64,000 nucleotides of DNA from Reinekea sp. Its GTDB lineage: Bacteria; Pseudomonadota; Gammaproteobacteria; Pseudomonadales; Natronospirillaceae. The notes beneath the pieces were generated by a model. It ran no database searches. It worked only from the letters and a program-made list of their open reading frames with translations, and was not told the origin of the DNA. A program made the translations under genes and the position numbers. Location of the stretch: positions 47,459 through 111,458 of the forward strand of contig JBNKNI010000009.1 of NCBI GenBank assembly GCA_050293765.1. Reading direction: 5' to 3'. Each line of letters starts with the position of its first letter. Within the stretch, counting starts at the first letter, position 1. Shown in pieces: positions 49,962 to 58,711 of this stretch.

Positions 49962-50786
49962 GTGGATTCTTTGTTTTTCATCGCCTCTAAAGTGCTCCGG
50001 CCTTTATTATCACCCAGTAGTTGGTTGCTGATTCTACCGTTATTCGCATGGCTGAGTAGCCGACTGAACCGGACTAAGATCTCTAGACTCATGTGGGCAC
50101 TAGCATTGTCTTGTACGGCATTAATTGGTTTTTATCCTGTCGGGCAATGGCTGGTGAGACCATTGGAGAGCTTTACCTCGCTACCGAGTTCCGACACCGC
50201 TCCAGATGGCATTATTGTTTTAGGTGGTGCTTGGCTCACAGACCAAGTCGCTTATTGGCGGCAGTGGGAATTAAATCAGGCCGCCGAACGGGAGCTGGCT
50301 TTTATGGTTCTGGCTCGCCGCTACCCAGATGCTAAGTTGGTTTTTACTGGCGGCAGCGGAAAGCTGCTGAGCCCCGATCTCAGTGAAGCATCAATCGCTC
50401 GCCAACTGTATCAGGATATGGGTTTGAATCTGGACAGGATCACCTTTGAAAATCGAAGTCGGAATACCTATGAGAACGGCGTTTACAGTCGTGAATTGAT
50501 GCAACCAAATCCGTCTGAAACCTGGTGGCTGATCACCAGTGCTTATCATATGCCGAGGTCACTTGGCGTCTTTTGCCAGTTGGGCTGGTCGGTAGAGCCT
50601 TATCCGGTCGACCATTTTTCAGCCGGTTTAAGCTGGGTGCCCAAATGGTCTTTGTCAGACCACCTATGGGAGTTGGACCGCGTGACACAAGAATGGATAG
50701 GTCTGCTGGTTTACCGGTTAACTGGCAAAACCAGCGCAATGTTTCCGTCAGATTGCGCGAATATTACCGAGCCAGGTGCTGATTGA
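49962..50786 (+). CDS. YdcF/ElyC-family (DUF218) membrane-associated protein
   Basis: 274 aa with a GTG start. Two N-terminal hydrophobic helices, then IIVLGG .. FTGGSG .. ENRSRNTYEN .. ITSAYHMPRS, typical of DUF218. Confidence 0.7.
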   Translation: MDSLFFIASKVLRPLLSPSSWLLILPLFAWLSSRLNRTKISRLMWALALSCTALIGFYPVGQWLVRPLESFTSLPSSDTAPDGIIVLGGAWLTDQVAYWRQWELNQAAERELAFMVLARRYPDAKLVFTGGSGKLLSPDLSEASIARQLYQDMGLNLDRITFENRSRNTYENGVYSRELMQPNPSETWWLITSAYHMPRSLGVFCQLGWSVEPYPVDHFSAGLSWVPKWSLSDHLWELDRVTQEWIGLLVYRLTGKTSAMFPSDCANITEPGAD

Positions 50787-50798
50787 GCCAGCTATTGG

Positions 50799-53102
50799 TC
50801 AGCTTCGGGTACGCCATTTGCGTAGTGAGTCAATCAGGTTTTGTAGTTTGATTGGTTTAATCAGAATGTCATTCATCCCAGCCTCGTAACAGGCAATCTG
50901 GTCTTTTTCACTGGCGTTTGCGGTAAAGGCAATGATCGGTTTGTTAAAGCCAGACTCCCGTAACTGTTGTGACGCTGTGAGGCCATCAACTTCAGGCATT
51001 TGCACATCCATAATCACCAGGTCGACCCCGTCTTTTTCGGCAAAATTCACGGCATCATGAGCGTTATTGAACGCCGTGACCTTGGTCTCTAAGCGCTTCA
51101 GCATGGCATTAATAACTTTCAGGTTAACCGCATTGTCATCGACAACCATGACGTGTAAATCAGGAAAGGTCAGATCCTGAGAACCAACTTCCGTTTGCGT
51201 GTTGGTGGCCTGAGTTTCGTTGGCGATGCTGAGCGGTACCGTGAACCAGAATTCGGAACCCTGTCCGGGTTGGCTTGCGGCGGACATCTCGCCTCCCATT
51301 AATTCCACAATGCGGGACGCAATTCGCAGTCCCAGTCCAGTGCCGCCATATTTTCGCGAGATTGAGGAGTCTGCCTGTGTGAACGCTGAGAACATGGAGC
51401 TCAGGTTTTCTGGGTCGATGCCAATACCGCTGTCCTGGACTGAAAACTTCAAGTATTGGCCGTTATCAATGGTGGTTAGTTTGAAGGTGACGGTGCCTGC
51501 ATCAGTAAACTTAAAGGCATTACTGAGCAGGTTGGCGATTACCTGTTCCATACGGCGCTCATCGCCATAGATATAGAGTGGGACGTTGTCGTCGATAATC
51601 AGCTTGAATTCTGCTTTGGAATTTACAGTAAAGCTGCTGCCGTAAATACTGCAGATTTGAGTGACCATATCGCGCAGATTGAATGCCCTTTTTTCAATAA
51701 GCAGCATGTCAGCGTTTAACTTGGCTAAATCCAAAATGTCGTTAATCAGAAAAAGCAAAAAAGCCGATGAATGCCGGATGATTTCGATATGGTCTTTACC
51801 TTCTGCACTGATGTGTTGGCCGCTCAGCAAGTCAACGGATCCCTGAATAGCATTTAGGGGCGTGCGTAATTCGTGCGAAATGTTAGCCAGAAACCGTTCT
51901 TTGGTTTTCACGGCATTGTCCGCGATTGCCAACGCCTCCTGGGTAGCAATCAGGTTGGCTGATTTTTCCTTATAAACCACGCTGAGCTGATAACTCAAAA
52001 CCAGCGACAGCAACACGACCTCCATGGCGACAGCAAACAGTCCGAGATGCTCAATAAACAGAGTACTGTTTGGCAGTGACTGCAATGCGATTGACATCAG
52101 ACCGGGAATCAAAAAGGCGACATTGGCAATCAAATAGTATCGCGCTGTTTTCTGACCTTTTATTGCCATGATAATGCCGCTGGTTATGCCGAACAGGCCA
52201 AACACGGCAACGCCATAGCGCGCGAATTCCAAGCTCATATTCGGCATAAAGGGCACAATTAACCAGAAGCTGGCGAGTATGACCATCGCAGCCAGACCAG
52301 CGAAATGCAGCTTGGTCGCGCGTTTTCTGGTGATGCCCAGTAGGGCCATGACAAACGCAATATAGGCAATGTTAGACGCCATAATTGGAAAGCCAATACT
52401 ATAAAATACCGGAAAACCGAAGACATCACTGAACACATTCAGGGCTGTACTGTTATAGATAAGGTTGCCCAAAATAAAGATAGCGTAGAGATAGTCGGTG
52501 GGCTGGCGTCGGGTGATACCCAACACAAAATAGTAGACGCCTAATGCTAAAAAGACGCCCAAGCCTAACATCGTGATGGCATTGCCCAGCTTAATGGACT
52601 GGATGTAATCCAGTCGCTGGTAAATTTTTGGCTGTGGCTGAGCCAGTAAAAAGGGAGTGTCTATTCGGGTAAAGACCCGGTATTGGCCCGCTTGCAGGTC
52701 AAGATCGCGACCGTGGCGTAAAAAATAGGGATTAATATTTTTGCTCTGTATACCACCTTCAACTTGCGCGGCAATGGAGTTGTCAGATGCAATGATGTAA
52801 TGGGTAAACAGCCCTACGACCGAGGTGCTTTGAAAATCAATAACGTATTGATCCACACCATTGGCAGAAAGCGGCATGTAGTGCCAGAACACCCCTCCAG
52901 TCAGGGGCAGCGATTGCTCTGCCGGCTGTAAGTTATGAGTCGGGGTCGCGATAAGCTGTTCGATGGTTTGATCCGACGAATCCAGCCACATACCCGGGTT
53001 GTCAGTAGCCTGAGAGAACGGCGCTAAAAGTAGGCTAAGTAAACAGAAAACGGCTAAACGGCGTGTCGATAAAGCAAACTTACTTGTCAAAGTCTTCGGC
53101 AT
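50799..53102 (-). CDS. 7TMR-DISM-type hybrid sensor histidine kinase
   Basis: 767 aa. Signal sequence and a periplasmic about 150-aa domain, then seven hydrophobic helices and a coiled coil. H-box FLANISHELRTP; NLLSNAFKFT, DSGIGI, GLGLRI. Receiver VMVVDD..LVIMDVQMPEVDG..LIKP. Confidence 0.85.
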   Translation of the reverse strand: MPKTLTSKFALSTRRLAVFCLLSLLLAPFSQATDNPGMWLDSSDQTIEQLIATPTHNLQPAEQSLPLTGGVFWHYMPLSANGVDQYVIDFQSTSVVGLFTHYIIASDNSIAAQVEGGIQSKNINPYFLRHGRDLDLQAGQYRVFTRIDTPFLLAQPQPKIYQRLDYIQSIKLGNAITMLGLGVFLALGVYYFVLGITRRQPTDYLYAIFILGNLIYNSTALNVFSDVFGFPVFYSIGFPIMASNIAYIAFVMALLGITRKRATKLHFAGLAAMVILASFWLIVPFMPNMSLEFARYGVAVFGLFGITSGIIMAIKGQKTARYYLIANVAFLIPGLMSIALQSLPNSTLFIEHLGLFAVAMEVVLLSLVLSYQLSVVYKEKSANLIATQEALAIADNAVKTKERFLANISHELRTPLNAIQGSVDLLSGQHISAEGKDHIEIIRHSSAFLLFLINDILDLAKLNADMLLIEKRAFNLRDMVTQICSIYGSSFTVNSKAEFKLIIDDNVPLYIYGDERRMEQVIANLLSNAFKFTDAGTVTFKLTTIDNGQYLKFSVQDSGIGIDPENLSSMFSAFTQADSSISRKYGGTGLGLRIASRIVELMGGEMSAASQPGQGSEFWFTVPLSIANETQATNTQTEVGSQDLTFPDLHVMVVDDNAVNLKVINAMLKRLETKVTAFNNAHDAVNFAEKDGVDLVIMDVQMPEVDGLTASQQLRESGFNKPIIAFTANASEKDQIACYEAGMNDILIKPIKLQNLIDSLRKWRTRS

Positions 53103-53226
53103 TGATGAACCGTTATTAAATTGATGATATGACTGCTGAGGCTAATCGTGCACGTCAGTTATGTCAATTAAACGGTTTATAGAATAAAACCAACGCATTT
53201 GGTTCAATGCGTTGGTTAACCTGAGA

Positions 53227-54726
53227 TCAGAAATTTGCCAGAGGTGGAATGCCGGGTAACATGCCGACGGCGGCCATGGCGATTCCGGAAACGATAAAGG
53301 CAGCACCGGGAATAATGATGCGATCTGCAACAGACAGTCGCTCAGCTCGTTCTTTGTCACCAATAAGGCCGTTATTGTCCAGTAACATCGAAATGGCCCA
53401 GCCGAACACAGGGTTTACGACCGCAGATGCAAAAATGGTGATACCGGCGGATTGTGTATCTTTGGTTTCCTTGACCATCTGCATACCGGCTTCTAACAAG
53501 GGTAAGAAAACGCCAACCAGCAGGGCGATACTCATCACCGGGCGCCAAACGGCAATATCCATTGGATAACCGGAAACAGCAACAATGATGCAAAGTACCC
53601 CAAGCAGGATGCCGCCCGCCGGGATGGGGCGCTTGGCAATGGCCGCGGGGATCATGTAGGTACCCCATGAAGACGTAACGTTTCCTCCGCCCATCGCCGT
53701 ACCGACAATCTGGCGAAGTGAACAGCCGGTCATGGTGTCGTCCACATCCATTAGCGTGTTTTTAGCTGAGCTTGGGTAGTTCAGTTCCTGAAAAATCCGG
53801 TGACCGAGAAAGTCTGGCGACCACATGGCGACCGCCAACAAGGCAAACGGTAATGAGGCAATGAAGTGCTGTAAGTTCGGCAAGCCGAGCTTCCAGCCCG
53901 TTTCGGTCGATCCCCACCAATATGCAGGGTTCAGATTGGGTAATCCCGGTGCTGTTTCAAATGCAAAAGGAGCCCCCAAAAGCAGCGCCAGGCCGACAGC
54001 GACCGCTGAGCACAATGGAATCGCCAACCAACGCTTGCCGATTTTAGCCAAGTAGGCATAGATAAAGATGTTGGCCAATAGAACCACAAATCCGACATAG
54101 GCCACGCCAACATCGCTTGACCAGCTGATTAATGCATTGATCTGCGATAGAGAGCCAGAGAGACCGAGAAACACCAGTAGTCCTCCAGCAACACCGTCAC
54201 CAGTGAGCGTGACCAGTCTCGAACCTCCCTTGGTGATGCTCAGGATCAGACCAAAGGTCCCCAATAAAATTGCCAGTGCCAGAGGGTGTGCTCCCGAAGC
54301 GGCGATCATCCCGATTAATGGAATCATCGGGCCATGGTTGCCTGCCAGGTTTGCTCTTGGATTGAGAAAACCAGAAGTGATAATGCAGAACAGCAGTGCC
54401 GACACCAGCATTTCTACACGAACGTTTTCAATAATGAAATTCGCATCCAAGCCAAAGCCTGCCGCCCATGACGACATCACCGCTGAATACATGACGGTAA
54501 TACCAATGGTTCCTGCCAAGGCTGGTACGAGGTCTTCCCACTCGAAGCGGAAATCTCGTCCTGGAAGGTTCAATCGCCAGCGACGCGGCTTCATGATCGT
54601 TAGTTCGTGATCAAGGTAGTCGCTGCGTGACTTGAAATCGCTGGCCGGTCTATGGGCGCTGGCATAGCTGTCCGTTTCTTTTGTCGACATATCTGGTACC
54701 GAGGCCTGGCTTAGTTGTTCTGACAT
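53227..54726 (-). CDS. Polytopic inner-membrane protein, putative permease of unassigned family
   Basis: 499 aa from MSEQLSQ, with about 12 hydrophobic segments after a 60-aa hydrophilic N-terminus. General look of NCS2/AzgA or SulP-like carriers. I vaguely recall similar proteins annotated as DUF3360, but cannot confirm this without a search. Confidence 0.55.
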   Translation of the reverse strand: MSEQLSQASVPDMSTKETDSYASAHRPASDFKSRSDYLDHELTIMKPRRWRLNLPGRDFRFEWEDLVPALAGTIGITVMYSAVMSSWAAGFGLDANFIIENVRVEMLVSALLFCIITSGFLNPRANLAGNHGPMIPLIGMIAASGAHPLALAILLGTFGLILSITKGGSRLVTLTGDGVAGGLLVFLGLSGSLSQINALISWSSDVGVAYVGFVVLLANIFIYAYLAKIGKRWLAIPLCSAVAVGLALLLGAPFAFETAPGLPNLNPAYWWGSTETGWKLGLPNLQHFIASLPFALLAVAMWSPDFLGHRIFQELNYPSSAKNTLMDVDDTMTGCSLRQIVGTAMGGGNVTSSWGTYMIPAAIAKRPIPAGGILLGVLCIIVAVSGYPMDIAVWRPVMSIALLVGVFLPLLEAGMQMVKETKDTQSAGITIFASAVVNPVFGWAISMLLDNNGLIGDKERAERLSVADRIIIPGAAFIVSGIAMAAVGMLPGIPPLANF

Positions 54727-54839
54727 GCAGTAAACCTTCTCAAATAGAAAAATGGGGGCGGAAAAAGAGTGCATGAAAGAAATTTCTACAGGCCCCTGAT
54801 CCGATGGAGGGAAATGTAGTTTTATTTCATTTTGAGGTT

Positions 54840-54853
54840 TTGATTTCGATCAA
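54840..54853. promoter_or_regulatory. Perfect FNR/Anr box in the divergent permease / MFS intergenic region
   Basis: TTGATttcgATCAA. The centre is 120 nt from the permease ATG (54726) and 257 nt from the MFS ATG (55104). Confidence 0.6.
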
Positions 54854-55103
54854 ATTAGTACGGAAAAATGCCCTTTTCGAGCCGAAAATCAACAGACAGA
54901 TATTGCCGAATTGGCGAGCTATCTCCCTGTGTTCTGTGATTTGATTGAAATTAAACAACAAAATTAACTTAGTTCGAAGGTAAGTCCTGTTCTGTTGTAA
55001 CTTTAGCAACAATGTCGGGTTAATTATTCGTTGATTCGGGTCAAGTTCGTAATATTCCTACGGGTTAATCTAGCCGCAATAAATTCATGTTAGGAGATTC
55101 GAA

Positions 55104-56384
55104 ATGAAGAACCGTTGGCTTATTGCAGCATCCGCTGTTGGGGTTCATGCCTCAATTGGCTCAGTATATGCGTTCAGTGTGTTTAAAAAGCCGCTGGGCA
55201 AGTTAATTGAGACAGCGACCGATAACCAGATTGCGTTGACCTTTAGCTTGGCCATTTTCTTTTTGGGAATGTCTGCGGCCATTATGGGGCATTTCGTTGA
55301 ACGACATGGACCGCGCAAAGCGGGTATGCTCGCGGCCAGCTTCTTTGGCGGCGGTCTGTTAGTCGCCGGTCTGGGTGCCTGGTTGCAAAATCTCTATGTC
55401 ATCTGGCTGGGCTATGGTGTGTTGGGTGGTATTGGCTTAGGCATCGGTTACATTACGCCGGTCTCTACCTTGGTGAAGTGGTTCCCTGACCACCGTGGGT
55501 TCGCAACCGGTCTTGCCATTATGGGGTTTGGTTTCGGTGCAATGATTGGCGCCCCCGTTTTCAACTTTATTATCGAAACATTTGGGATCATGGAAGGCGG
55601 TATTGCCTACACTTGGTTCATTATGGGCGTAATTTATCTGATTGTTATGTTTGCCTCAGCGTCTTATCTGGAACGCCCACCAGAAGGTTGGATGCCGGAA
55701 GGCATGAAAGCCGCCGTGGCGTCTGGTGAGAAGAAAGTCGTTAAAGATCTTTCCCAGCAAACTGCAAACGAAGCGGTTAAAACACTTCCTTTCTATGGCT
55801 TATGGTTGATGATGTTTATCAACATTTCATGTGGTATCGGCGTGATCTATTCCGCGTCTCCATTGGCTCAGGAAACCATCGGGTTGTCGGCGACAGAAGC
55901 CGCGGCAGTGGTTGGTTTGATGTCTCTGTTTAATGGACTGGGGCGCATTGGTTGGGCGACTTTCTCTGACGTTCTTGGTCGTGGCTACACCTACATGACA
56001 TTCTTCATTATTCAAATTGCGGCCTTTGTTCTGTTGCCTAACATTGGTAGTGTGATCCTGTTCCAGGTCGTGCTCTACACTATCCTGACCTGTTATGGCG
56101 GCGGTTTCTCAACGTTGCCTGCCTTTATTGGCGACCTGTTTGGTACGAAAGAACTGGGCGCGATTCACGGTTATGTGTTAACCGCGTGGGCGATGGCTGG
56201 TCTTGCTGGTCCTCAGATTAATGCGTATCTGCACACGGTTACTCATTCGTATGAAACGACATTGTATGTTTTCTCAGGTGCGTTGGTTGTTGCACTACTG
56301 ACTTCATTCGCCATGATCGCATACATCAAGCGTGCCCGGGCAAAGGTGGATGCAGCAGAAGAGGCTCAATTGGCTACAGCTTGA
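55104..56384 (+). CDS. MFS transporter, oxalate/formate antiporter (OFA) family type
   Basis: 426 aa, 12 helices. The N-terminus NRWLIAASAVGVHASIGSVYAFSVFKKPL and the overall layout are typical of OFA / L-lactate-type MFS proteins. Confidence 0.7.
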   Translation: MKNRWLIAASAVGVHASIGSVYAFSVFKKPLGKLIETATDNQIALTFSLAIFFLGMSAAIMGHFVERHGPRKAGMLAASFFGGGLLVAGLGAWLQNLYVIWLGYGVLGGIGLGIGYITPVSTLVKWFPDHRGFATGLAIMGFGFGAMIGAPVFNFIIETFGIMEGGIAYTWFIMGVIYLIVMFASASYLERPPEGWMPEGMKAAVASGEKKVVKDLSQQTANEAVKTLPFYGLWLMMFINISCGIGVIYSASPLAQETIGLSATEAAAVVGLMSLFNGLGRIGWATFSDVLGRGYTYMTFFIIQIAAFVLLPNIGSVILFQVVLYTILTCYGGGFSTLPAFIGDLFGTKELGAIHGYVLTAWAMAGLAGPQINAYLHTVTHSYETTLYVFSGALVVALLTSFAMIAYIKRARAKVDAAEEAQLATA

Positions 56385-56409
56385 TAGCATCTCCACTCAA
56401 AGCATAGAG

Positions 56410-56439
56410 ACGGCGGCGCCTAAGTGCGCCGTTTTTTTT
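56410..56439 (+). terminator. Intrinsic terminator after the MFS gene
   Basis: GC-rich stem (CGGCGC / GCGCCG) followed by T8. Confidence 0.8.
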
Positions 56440-56649
56440 GTAGTCAGAATCATACGAAAGCCCAATCTGCAGACCTCTTCGACTATTACACCAGTTCATG
56501 GAAATCATCATCGCAAATTTGCGGTGGGTTTGAACTTTTCGAAAATCTCGTAGTCTTAATTCAGCGCCTTTAACGGGCTTACTTCAAAAATTCTGAATCT
56601 GAGTGTGGCATCACAGTGATCCCGCTTTCAGTCCGACATGGTGGTGAAA

Positions 56650-57093
56650 ATGTCCTGGTTAAAAGCAGCTCTACTGGTTTGTCTCGCTGTCATCGGTCCG
56701 GCATATGCTGAGCCAAAGGTACCGGTAAACGTAAATGCGTCTGGTGTCTTTATAGACGGCTATGACGTTGTCTCGTATTTTGCGGATGGCAAAGCCATGC
56801 GTGGCTCAGATGAGTTTCAATATGAGTGGCAGGGCATGCGTTTCTACTTTAAAACGCAGGCTAATCTGGCCATGTTTGTATCTGAACCAAGTCGGTATAT
56901 ACCGCAATTCAATGGACACTGTGCCAACGGACTCAGTGATGGGCATCTGGTTCGGGCGAATCCTGAAATATTCCGCATCATCGATGGCAAGCTTTATCTC
57001 TTTTTTTCCTGGTGGGGTAAGGCACAGTGGAAATTTGATCAACAAGAGCAGATTGAACTGGCCAATAAATTTTGGCTGGAGTTCAGTCAATAG
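56650..57093 (+). CDS. Secreted YHS-domain protein; paralog of 6393-6845
   Basis: Signal MSWLKAALLVCLAVIGPAYAEP. YEWQGMRFYFKT, PQFNGHCANGLS, and DGKLYLFF. Start at 56650 is preferred to 56638. Confidence 0.7.
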   Translation: MSWLKAALLVCLAVIGPAYAEPKVPVNVNASGVFIDGYDVVSYFADGKAMRGSDEFQYEWQGMRFYFKTQANLAMFVSEPSRYIPQFNGHCANGLSDGHLVRANPEIFRIIDGKLYLFFSWWGKAQWKFDQQEQIELANKFWLEFSQ

Positions 57094-57540
57094 CCTACGC
57101 GACATTAATCAGATCATGAGCGTTTGAAAGTCTGTGTCGCGATTGTGGAAACAGTGTTCAGTTGAATGTTAGGACAATTGTCTCAGATGTGATTCGACCT
57201 AAATCATGCGGGCTGATCAGTGGCGTAATTGAGCAGCAATACGTCAATAGGTTAAGACTAAAGTAGGGTATATCTGTTCTTTACCTTAAATTGACACTTG
57301 AAAGGAGGTCGAAAAAGGTTCGTTGGCCAAGATTCGCATTACCACTGTGCATCGAAATACAGCTAACCTTAGTTGTGCACTATAGCTGTTCAATATTGTT
57401 GACCCTGGAGACTGGAATTAAAAATCAGGGGGTTCGATTTTGAATATAAGCGTGCTAGTCTGGCTAAGCTTAAACACGAAGGTGCGATGGTATTCATGGC
57501 ATCAGTAGGAAGCAGATAATAAAAAATGCAGGAGACTCAA

Positions 57541-58566
57541 ATGATTAAGAAAGTAGTCCTATCGACACTGGGTGTCGCTCTAACATCCTCACTTCTGGTT
57601 GGTAACGCTCAAGCGGGCGAAGTACTGGACCGAGTTAAAGAAAAAGGTTTTGTTCAGTGTGGTGTAAGCCAGGGTTTACCTGGATTTTCAAGCACCGACG
57701 AAAAAGGTAACTGGTCTGGTTTGGATGTTGACTATTGCCGTGCGGTAGCCGCAGCCATTTTCGGAGATGCGAATAAGGTTAAATATTCACCTCTGTCAGC
57801 GTCTGAGCGATTTACAGCGTTGCAATCTGGTGAGATTGATCTGTTGTCCCGTAACACAACTTGGACGCAAACCCGTGATACATCTTTGGGTATCAACTTT
57901 GCTGGCGTCACGTACTACGACGGTCAAGGTTTTATGGTGCGTAAAGATCTGGGTGTAACCAGTGCATTAGAACTGGATGGCGCCTCTGTTTGTACAAACC
58001 AAGGTACAACAACTGAGTTGAACATGGCGGATTACTTCCGTGCCAATGGCATGAGTTACGAGCCTGTTGTCTTCGTAAAAGCAGACGAAGTTGTAGCCGC
58101 TTACGACTCAGGTCGTTGTGATGTATACACCACTGACGCGTCTGGTTTGGCCGCTCAGCGTACCAAACTGAAAGATCCTAACGCGCACATGGTACTGCCT
58201 GAAATTATTTCAAAAGAACCATTAGGCCCTGCAGTGATTCATGGTGATGATCAGTTCTTTGACATCGTAAAATGGGTCATTAATGCGACTGTTGAAGCCG
58301 AAGAAATGGGTCTGACTTCAGACAACATTGCTAAATTGTTGATCGATTCAAATAACCCAACGCCAGCTCAACAGCGTTTTGTTGGTAAAGAAGGTTCATT
58401 GGGTGAAAACCTGGGTATCGATGCCAAGTGGGCATATAACGTGATTCGTCAAGTAGGTAACTACGGCGAAATCTGGCAACGTAACGTGGCTCCTTTAGAA
58501 TTGCCACGTGGTGTGAATAACCTTTGGAACAATGGCGGTATCATGTACGCGCCACCACTGCGTTAA
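57541..58566 (+). CDS. aapJ: General L-amino-acid ABC transporter substrate-binding protein
   Basis: 341 aa from MIKKVV (AGGAG 6 nt upstream), with a signal peptide. CGVSQGLPGFS, LLSRNTTWT, and the GVTYYDGQGFMV pattern of AapJ/BztA-type binders. Confidence 0.8.
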   Translation: MIKKVVLSTLGVALTSSLLVGNAQAGEVLDRVKEKGFVQCGVSQGLPGFSSTDEKGNWSGLDVDYCRAVAAAIFGDANKVKYSPLSASERFTALQSGEIDLLSRNTTWTQTRDTSLGINFAGVTYYDGQGFMVRKDLGVTSALELDGASVCTNQGTTTELNMADYFRANGMSYEPVVFVKADEVVAAYDSGRCDVYTTDASGLAAQRTKLKDPNAHMVLPEIISKEPLGPAVIHGDDQFFDIVKWVINATVEAEEMGLTSDNIAKLLIDSNNPTPAQQRFVGKEGSLGENLGIDAKWAYNVIRQVGNYGEIWQRNVAPLELPRGVNNLWNNGGIMYAPPLR

Positions 58567-58583
58567 TTCTCGCTATCTAATAA

Positions 58584-58612
58584 GAAGGTCGCCTCATCCG
58601 CAGGCGACTTTC
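58584..58612 (+). other. Stem-loop between the binding-protein gene and the permease genes (probable partial terminator or stabiliser)
   Basis: GAAGGTCGCC..GGCGACTTTC: a 10-bp stem with one mismatch, 18 nt after the aapJ stop. This is the usual arrangement for over-expressing the binding protein. Confidence 0.5.
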
Positions 58613-58711
58613 TGCTTAATAAAATAAAAAATATAAAAGCGTGTAAGCGCGATCACTGATATTTATTGACTTAATTCCACAGTCACTAATCATTTTTTTG
58701 GAGACCTTACT

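Noticed and set aside
57323-57338. Sigma-54-like element TTGGCCAAGATTCGCA upstream of aapJ.
   Set aside because: The GG to GC spacing is one nucleotide shorter than the -24/-12 consensus, and the flanking bases are poor matches.
58643-58656. A second LacI-like half-match, TGTAAGCGCGATCA, between aapJ and aapQ.
   Set aside because: Only one half-site matches; the other arm is 4/7. The context, inside an amino-acid transporter operon, gives no support.
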